DNA of 64,000 bases from the human T2T-CHM13v2.0 reference genome, Homo sapiens. Under the pieces are notes generated by a model. It was given only the letters and a program-made list of their open reading frames with translations. It was not told the DNA's origin and did not search any database. A program made the translations under genes and the position numbers. Positions 52,828 to 64,000 of the stretch are shown here, piece after piece. Location: assembly GCF_009914755.1 (NCBI RefSeq), contig NC_060925.1, one strand, 5' to 3'. How positions within the stretch are numbered: the stretch's first letter is position 1; the number at the start of each line of letters is the position of its first letter.

Positions 52828-54148
52828 CATGTGTCACTTATCACTCTTAAACATACTGTTCAATTTACTTATTTATTTTGTTTGCGGTTTATTGTCTTAC
52901 TGTCTACACAGGGCAGAAATTTTCCCTCCCGTTTTGTTCCCTGATATATCCCAGAACCTGGAGAAGTCACTGGCATTTTGTAGGTGCTCCATAAATATTT
53001 ATTGAACAAACAGTGAATGAATGAGTGAATCAATGAATTTGGGAATCTTTAGCAAGTTGATTGCAGTAGAACTCACAAGGTGAGATTACCCAGGCATAGT
53101 CTGTAGAGCGATGATGAAGGGAGACACCAACATTTAGGTGTGAGCAGAGGAAGTTAAAATTATAAAGGACATTGACAAGAACCCAGACTATAGGAGGAAA
53201 ACAGGAGGATGTGTCACCCAAGACAAGATGTAAGATGGCAGAGGGAGTGCAGACGACAGCGTACAACCTGACCAACATGGTGAAACACTGTCTCTAAAAA
53301 AAACAAAAACAAAAATTAGCCGGGCGTGGTGGCTCATGCCTGTTGACAACATATGAAGCAAGATCAAGGCAGAAATGTGTCTGCTGATTTGAGAGTGGCC
53401 AGGTAACTAGCAGTTTCGAGGAATAGGTAGAGCAGAAGGGAGAGTACTGTGAGTTGAGGAGTGAATGAGAAGTAATGAAGTGGAAATGGTGTGTGCATTA
53501 CTATTTTGAGAAGTTTGGTCATGAAGATCAGAACGAGAAAGAATGGGAGCTGGGAAGAGGGCTCTGATTGAAGAAGTGTGTGTGTGCATTTAGATGGGAG
53601 AGATAAGCCTGACTTGAGTATTTTAAGTGATGTATGGAAACAGCCAGTAACAACCATATAATTTGTAATCTAAATCAAGGTTTTGAGAGAAAAAGGGGGC
53701 AGGACAAATGCTAAAATGGATAAATGTCAAGACAACAGGAACTATCTGCAAACCAGACCATATGGTCTCCCTGTCCACGCCTCAAGTTTTCCATGCAAGT
53801 CATTTATCCTTACACTTAGTGGGCTATTTTTTTCTGACGGTAGGTGGCAGTAAAGAGCTTGCCTCTTTTTGCCTCTTTTGGTTTGGTTTGGTTTGGTTTT
53901 TGAGAAAAATTTAATTAGAGATTTTGGATGGCAACTAAGATTGGTAAAGGTTAGCTCCACAGGCTTAAACTCAAAATAGGAGATTTCAACTTAGATTTTA
54001 CTTTGGGAAAATTCATACACGTTTTTGTGAAAAAGAATATCTCTTGGTTCTCAAAGAAAAAATAATTTTTGGGTAATTATAAAATATGTTGCATTTTCAC
54101 ACTGAGCCATTTTATCTTTAAAATGATGAACTTCCATCTTCTTCCTAA

Positions 54149-54471
<323 letters not shown>

Positions 54472-54608
54472 TATCCCTTCAGTTTTAGCACACGCATTGC
54501 TATATGCACACATTTCTTATTTGTGTATATAAATTTTCAGTCAAGTCTAGCTTCAGTAGACTTTGGGGGACCTTGCTATTGAAGATTATAAACATTTTAA
54601 AAAACTAT

Positions 54609-54928
54609 AGGCCAGGCGCCATGGCTCACGCCTGTAATCCCAGCACTTCAGGAGGCTGAGGCGGGCGAATCACTTGAGGTCAGGAGTTCGAGACCAGCCT
54701 GGCCAACATGGTGAAATGCCATCTCTAAAAAAAATAACAAAAATTAGCCTGGCGTGGTGGCGTGCACCTGTAATCCCAGCTACTCAGGAGGCTGAGGCAG
54801 GAGAATCACTTGAACCTCAGGAGGCAGAGGTTGCAGTGAATCGAGATCACATCACTACACTCCAGCCTGCTGGGCAACAGAGTGGGACTCTGTCTCAAAA
54901 AAAGAAACAAAACAAACAAACCAAAAAC
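54609..54928 (+). mobile_element. Alu (S-type)
   Basis: Sense dimer. Confidence 0.92.
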
Positions 54929-56183
54929 CTATGACACATAACAGCAAATTTCTTGTTATCAAAGATAGGACTAGAGATGTCTAAAGATAAGAAGTTTTAG
55001 GAGTTCGGAATGGTAAAGTGAATGAGCACACCTTATTCAGGGAATCTTGGCAGAATCTAATGTCATAAAATTTAAAATTCAGAAATCTTTGTCAGAGAAA
55101 AAACAGAATCAAAATATTATCTGCAGATCCAGCAAACAAATTTGAGTTCAAAACTCAGATTTGCATTTATTAGCTGTGTGGCCTTGAGCATGGCAAGCAC
55201 TTTACCTCTAGGTCTCAGATTCCTAATCTGTGAAATGAGACTCACAGGATATACTTCAGTGGATTGTTTTGAATATTAAATGAGAAAACATATTGGTAAA
55301 ATTTATACATGTTATTTTCATTCTTTTCCCTAAACGTGAATATGAAGACATCCAGATTAAAATGTGGCATATGCAACCTCAACCTTTGGAAAATATATCT
55401 CAAATGATTAAGGAAAAATATTAATTTTAAGAATTGCTTTAAAACAACAAAACCAAAAAAGCCTTGGTCATACCTTAATTCAGTAATTCTTCAACTTTAC
55501 GTCTCAGATCCAATATTCTAGGCACTGCTTGACACAGAGAGCAGTTTTCTTACAAGGAAATTTGGGGACCAGAGGGGGTTCTTTGCATGTTTGGATAAGT
55601 GCTAGAATTCAAATTCCTTCTCCTGAGAGTCCTCTGCCTTTTTCGTTTAATGAACTCGGTTGCTTTCTTTATTTCCTCTTTCTATCCTCATTAGCGTAAA
55701 GCAAACTCTAAAAGCAATCCACAATATCAATCACATCAAATATCATGGAATGTGGCCTCAGTCCTGGAAGATGTCTACTCCATATAGGTGACTTGGTACA
55801 TTACAGTAGATTATAGTAGCTGAAAAGTATCCTTTGGCCAGCCATTGTCAAAACTAGAGTCACTAATGAGATCACAAATGAGAAGCATTCATTGTCTCTA
55901 TAAGACTTCCTAAAATGCCCTTATTATTAAGGGAAGTCCTGGCTTTCTGCCAGTATCACAGACTAATTTGTTCATTAGCTGGTTGACTTCTTGGTTCTTG
56001 CATATTTCAATGGCTAAAGTTTGTAGTAAGTTTGAGAAATATAAAGAGAGGAGTATGGGGAGGAGAGCTGGCGGGAGGTGGGTGCTGGAAATGATTAAGA
56101 CCACTGGAAGGGAAAAAAATGGGGTATGATATCACCATGGAAACGAAGTTTACGTATTGCAAAAATTTGCCCAAGTTGGATAG

Positions 56184-56220
56184 CATTCATTCATTCATTC
56201 ATTCATTCATTCATTCATTC
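56184..56220. repeat. (CATT)n microsatellite (L2 tail)
   Basis: Directly visible. Confidence 0.9.
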
Positions 56221-57324
56221 AACAAACATTTACTCGGTGTCTATGCATGCCTAGAACCATCAAAGTTACAAATGAGAACAAAACAAGCTTGGTTCTTGTC
56301 TTCACGGAGCTTCCATTCTAGTGGGGGAAGGTACACAAAGAACAAACACAAGTAGGTTTCCCCCTGGAAAGAATAACTGGCAGGTTTGCAGGCATTACCA
56401 CCTAATTTCTTTTTAAAAAGAAACCTAAAGACTTCTTTAGGTGTCCAAAGGTCTAAAATTTTAGAAGTTCAAAATGGCAAAGTGAAAGAGCACACATTAT
56501 TCAGGCAATCTTGGCAGTATCTAATGTCATAACATTTAAAAATCAGAAATCTCTGTAAGAGGAAAAATAGAATCAAATTACTCTCTGTAGGTCCAGCAGA
56601 CAAATTTGAGTTCAAAACCCAGATTTGCATTTTTATAATTATTTACTTTAGTAAATTACTTACAATTTACTAAAATTATAAATAATTATAGTAAAACAAA
56701 AAAATTAACAATGAGCCAGCCTCCCAGTGTCGCTCAGGAGACCTCACGGCTAAATAAGTAATCACTGCTATCCCTTCCTCTCCAGCAGTCTCCATCAACT
56801 TGTTCTGCATTCAGAGACTGTTCTTGGGCCTTCCCATACGCAGCTCACGTTTGAAACTCCTGCCCCTGGTGCCTTAATGCATCTGACTGGCAGCCACACA
56901 GCCCCTCCATGTGGCTCAGTTTCAGTGGGTAGGTAGGGAAATGCCGATTTGTTTGCATTGTGCCCCACAGGCTGATTACAGTAAAGGCTGTCACACAGAG
57001 CTCTTGCATACCTAACAGGAGACTTGGTGACAGTGAAACCAAGAATGACCAGTGACTGTGTGTAAAATGAATCAAGGTGAGGTGTATTGAAAGCAAAGAG
57101 GTCAATTCAAAGGCTTAGAAATAATCCAGACAGTAATCAAGGAAGAAAGCAGCCATGTCACTGGGAAGAAAAACCTCTTGGGACACTCAGTATATTCAAC
57201 ACGATGAAGTAATTCGCCCTGTGACATGGACAAAAGGAGCTTTCCATGCTCTAATGGGCAGTAGGATTCCATAAAGTGAATCACGTTTAAAAGAGACACT
57301 CTTAAAAAATGAAATACGTGGCCA

Positions 57325-57633
<309 letters not shown>

Positions 57634-58030
57634 TTAAAAAATCCTAAGTAAAATTTGGTCTCTTTCTCATTAGTGCTTAATTGTCTTCAATCACCCAGTC
57701 CTACTTTGAGTATATACTAAATCCCTTTCAAGGACAGATTCTAGACTTTTCCCACTTTGGCTCATCTGAAAGGTTTCTAAAAGGATTGGTCCTTAATATT
57801 TCTTTTCACAACTTAATAGCGTGATTTGAGTTTATGCACACAGAAAGAGATTTGTTCGTACCCTCCTCTCCTCTGATTTTTAAACCTTGTTCCCCGTGTT
57901 CATTCTGTATGTTGAGATGTGATCTTGCTTTTAGGAGATCAAAGAAAAAGAAAAACAAGTTTCTCTCACATGTTTGTCTTCTCTTTAACAATCCACATTG
58001 TTTTTATATCGGCCCAAGATACACCATTAA

Positions 58031-58413
<383 letters not shown>

Positions 58414-59031
58414 AGAGCCTGTTGTATAAGAAATTAATTTCAAATGCTAGCAGAGAGGATGGCATTATGTTTTCAAAATGATGCTACATTAATTCAGCAA
58501 GAAAAGCTTAGAGCCATTCTGAGTCAGAGGACAGGATATTTTAATCTTAAAAGATAAAAGGGCAATGCCAAATAGCTGATTATGCATAGGGTTCATCATT
58601 CATATTGATGTAAGTATTATGGGGCATTTCCTCTGTGATGACAGGGCTAGATTCTACTCACACACACTAATAAACAGTTTTTCCTCCTGGTTTATACACA
58701 ACGAGGTGAATGTCTCTTTCCCCTGATGAACTAGTGTTTGGAAACAAAAACTATAATTATCTTCAGTGGAGATGGCAATTGGATACCCCAGAGAATTTGT
58801 CTGATCTTTATAAGGTATTCAGCAGTGAAAATGGGGTTTTGCAAAAAGCCAGAAGACTTGCTTTGGAATCCTAACTGTGTCACTTACTAAAATTTTGACT
58901 TTAGATAAGCTATCTAATTTCCCTGAGCCTTAGCTTCCTTGTCTGCAGAATGTGAAAAATAATGACCACCCCATAGGATGAAAAAAAAAATTAAATCTAA
59001 CGCCATATGTGAAAGTACTCAGCATTAGTCA

Positions 59032-59444
<413 letters not shown>

Positions 59445-59454
59445 TCAGCACTGA

Positions 59455-59745
59455 TTTTTTTTTTTTTTTTGAGACAGTCTCACTGTGCTGCCCAGGTTGG
59501 AGCGTGGAGTTCAGTGGTATGATTAGAGCTCACTGCACACTTGAACTTCTGGATTTAAGTGATCCTCCCCATTCAGCCTCCTGATTAGCTAAGACTACGG
59601 GCACGCCACCATGCCAGGCTAGTGTTTTTGTTTGTTTGTTTTAGAGATGAGGTTTCCTATGTTGCCCAGGCTGGTCTGGAACTCCTGGCCTCAAACAATC
59701 CTCCCACTTCAGCCTCTCAAAGCACTGGGATTATAGGTGTGGTGC
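59455..59745 (-). mobile_element. Alu (J-type)
   Basis: Antisense dimer. Confidence 0.88.
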
Positions 59746-59767
59746 ACCTCCAGCAGGAGGTATCTGG

Positions 59768-59911
59768 ACCCATTCACTATCATGAAAACGGCATGGGAAA
59801 GACCTGCCCCCATGATTCAATCATCTCCTACTGGGCCCCTCCCACACCACGTGGGAATTATGGGAGCTACAAGGTGAGATTTGGGTGGGGACATAGAGCC
59901 AAACCATATCA
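59768..59911 (+). mobile_element. MaLR LTR 3' fragment (THE1/MSTA-like)
   Basis: TCACTATCATGA...CCCCCATGATTCAAT...GAGATTTGGGTGGGGACA..AGCCAAACCATATCA terminus. Confidence 0.85.
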
Positions 59912-60815
59912 TTGACCTGCTGGCACCATCAAATATTTCTGCATGATGAAATTTCAGCTCAGTTTTAAGTGTCTATGCCTACAATCATCATGAGACTCTT
60001 TCTAACTATACACTGTACATCACATACAACACCTGCATCCTTCTCTGCCACACAGATCTGCTGAGATTTGCATTATGGCTGAATTAGCCGAAATTTACAT
60101 GCCAAAGTGGCATCAATATTTTTCATCTGCTGCTTTCTACGTGTAGGACAAGGCTTATATTACTGGTCCTACACTTTCCTAGAAACCAGAAACATCGGTA
60201 TTATGTTACTATTTATAGTAATAGCAACAACATTTATAGGTTGTGTCCTACCATGAGGACAAGTATCTTTTTGAGGGGCAACAGTAATTACAAATCTATT
60301 GTCAGCTGTTCCATACATTGGCACCAGCCTGGTACAATAAACTTAGGAGGCTTTTCAGTTGACAAAGCCACCTCACACCATTCTTCACCTTCCACTTCAT
60401 CTTACCTTTCATTATCATGGACCTAGTAGCCATCTACCCTCTATTTCTTCCAGAGACAGGATCCAACAACCTGTCAGGAGTTTCATCAGATTCTGGCAAA
60501 ATTCCATTCCATCCCTACTACACAATCAAAGACATTTTGGGTCTAATTCTCCTTCTACTATTACTACTTATATTAGTTCTATTTCACCTGACCTACTAGG
60601 AGACCCAGATAATGACACTGTGGCAAACCTCCTCAACACACCACCTGACATTAAACCAGAATGAGACTTTTTATTTGCCTATGCAATTCTATGCTCTATT
60701 CCCAATAAACTAGGAGGGGTACTAGCCCTAGTCTTCTCTATTGTTATCCTAGCTATTGTTCCAATATCTAAACAGCAAAGCATAATATTCTGGCCGTCAA
60801 GCCAATACTTATTCT
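59909..60815 (+). pseudogene. NUMT: mitochondrial cytochrome b (MT-CYB) pseudogene fragment, codons ~19-325, with frameshifts and stops
   Basis: Reads IDL..PSNISA(TGA)(TGA)[34 protein letters not shown](TGA), [17 protein letters not shown]; TGA at conserved Trp positions as in the mitochondrial code. Confidence 0.96.
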
Positions 60816-60895
60816 CAGCATCATGCACTCTACCCATGTAACAGACCTGCATATGTACCCCTGAATCTAAAAAGTTGAAATTATAAAAAGTAAAA
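60814..60895 (+). mobile_element. L1 (L1MA/L1PB-type) 3' end fragment
   Basis: TACCCATGTAACAGACCTGCATATGTACCCCTGAATCTAAAA followed by an A-rich tail. Confidence 0.75.
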
Positions 60896-60954
60896 ACATA
60901 TACATACATATATGTATACATGTACCTACACCTATGCAAAAAATATGTAGTGTT

Positions 60955-61359
<405 letters not shown>

Positions 61360-61781
61360 GTTTTTTTAAATTCACCTGAATAGCATACTTTATATATATT
61401 GTTCTACATACTTGGTCTTCTTGCTCAACATTATATTTTTGATACTTGTCCTATTTGGTATATGTAGACCTAATGGGTTCCTTTTAACTACCGTCTAATG
61501 TGAGATTGCACCATTGGATGAATGGGCCACAGTCGATTTTTGCATTTTTCTACTGATGAACATGTATATAATATTTTTTATCCTCTAGTCTCAATTTAAG
61601 TGCTTTGCAAATTCTCATTCATGTATCTTTATAACAGGTAGTAGTTTTGCCTTCCTTATTTTACAGATGAGGAAACTGAGACACAGAGAAGCTAAGTTAC
61701 CCACTCAAGGTCACAAGGCTAGTAAGCTAGTAAGTGACCTAGACAGGTCACACACCTGTCACATCAGAATCTGTGTCCTAA

Positions 61782-62238
<457 letters not shown>

Positions 62239-62512
62239 TGCATACTTATTTGTATGTCCACCGCCATGTGCAAATGAAGGTTTCTTTCCAGTTATACCTA
62301 GAAGCAGGATTGCTGGGTTCACATACTATCTTTCATCATGGTGAGTTTTTGCAGTGTGAACTAGAGTGGGGAATAAAGTGTCATAGGAACAATTCTGCGG
62401 CTTTGAAGGACTTCAGAGCCGTTAAATAGTTACTTCAATGTTTTATCCAGCTCTTAACTTTAGGCTCTTTTCTGTCGTGGTAATCATCTGAGATGAGGTT
62501 AATAGAATATGA

Positions 62513-63207
<695 letters not shown>

Positions 63208-63272
63208 ACAAATGTACTTTAATACAGCTGCATGTTGCTGTGTGATCTATTCTAGAATTGAACATTTTCTCT

Positions 63273-63402
63273 GTATAATTTCTATATATCTAACTCTATA
63301 TATATAATTTCTATATATCTAGCCTATATATCTAGATATATAATTTCTATATATCTAACTCTATATATATAATTTCTATATATCTAGCCTATATATCTAA
63401 CT
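63273..63402. repeat. AT-rich tandem repeat (two ~63-bp copies built from TATATAATTTCTATATATCTA subunits)
   Basis: Directly visible. Confidence 0.85.
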
Positions 63403-64000
63403 CAGTCTGCTAAACCACTGAGCATCATGAAAAATGAAAAGCAGATTCTGTATGATGGCCTAACTCAACAATTCCAAACACATTTTTGCACTATTACGAG
63501 CTTTTGGTTTTATAAACTTGCAGTATATTTGATGTAGGTCTTTATATGTTTGTGTAAGTTGGCTGTAAATGCCAAGATACACTTAATCTCTTACCATCAT
63601 GCCATTCTCATTCAGATATAAACTATAGCAACCTCACTTGGAAAAGAATCAACACACTTGTTGCCGTAGTAATCAAGGCCACTCATTAAGTTTAAAAAAG
63701 CTATCTTACAGATGAGATATCCCCAATGCCCTTACCCATCAAATGGAAATAGAATTGAAGGGCTTTTGGTTAATCCTTCCTGAAGACCTTTTTGCTTTGA
63801 CTTAGTCTAAAATAGCAAACACATAAACTATAACACACCTCTCAGAATTGGTAAGATCCATACTGCTCTTTCCCCAACATTGGTCCATTTCTGGGGATTC
63901 TTCAGGGACACACAAAAGAAAGAACCTGTTTGTGTGTCTGGTTTAAAGGAATCCTGTCTGCATGGGCTTGCGTTTGAAGGCTGGTTCTCAGCTCACCAGT

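Noticed and set aside
60241-60664. ORFs within the NUMT as possible expressed micropeptides
   Set aside because: Frameshifted fragments with non-ATG or accidental starts; conserved catalytic motifs are damaged (PEWY reads PE-TGA-D).

Overview
Human/primate genomic DNA, very rich in Alu elements. The minus strand carries the 5' part of B3GALNT2 (beta-1,3-N-acetylgalactosaminyltransferase 2, GT31 family, alpha-dystroglycan core M3 glycosylation): coding exons 1-7 (c.1-841), all with GT-AG splice sites and a continuous reading frame. The remaining exons, including the catalytic core, lie beyond the left edge. A CpG-island promoter sits at ~43.6-45.3 kb. The upstream ~19 kb is intergenic and contains an old cytochrome-b NUMT pseudogene (~59.9-60.8 kb). 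Most of the rest is Alu, L1, L2, MIR, LTR and DNA-transposon remnants, and nearly all ORFs in the supplied track are Alu or GC-rich artefacts. I found no convincing wholly new biological system. Best second-look items: an in-frame 123-nt Alu cassette exon with a GC donor beside an inverted Alu; exon-7 read-through to a nearby stop; a candidate 15/30-nt in-frame microexon in intron 3; a NUMT retaining ancestral cytochrome-b residues; a perfect 28-bp inverted repeat; an Alu flanked by a 108-bp duplication; and a ~195-bp dispersed duplication. Repeat boundaries and subfamily names were assigned by eye and are approximate.
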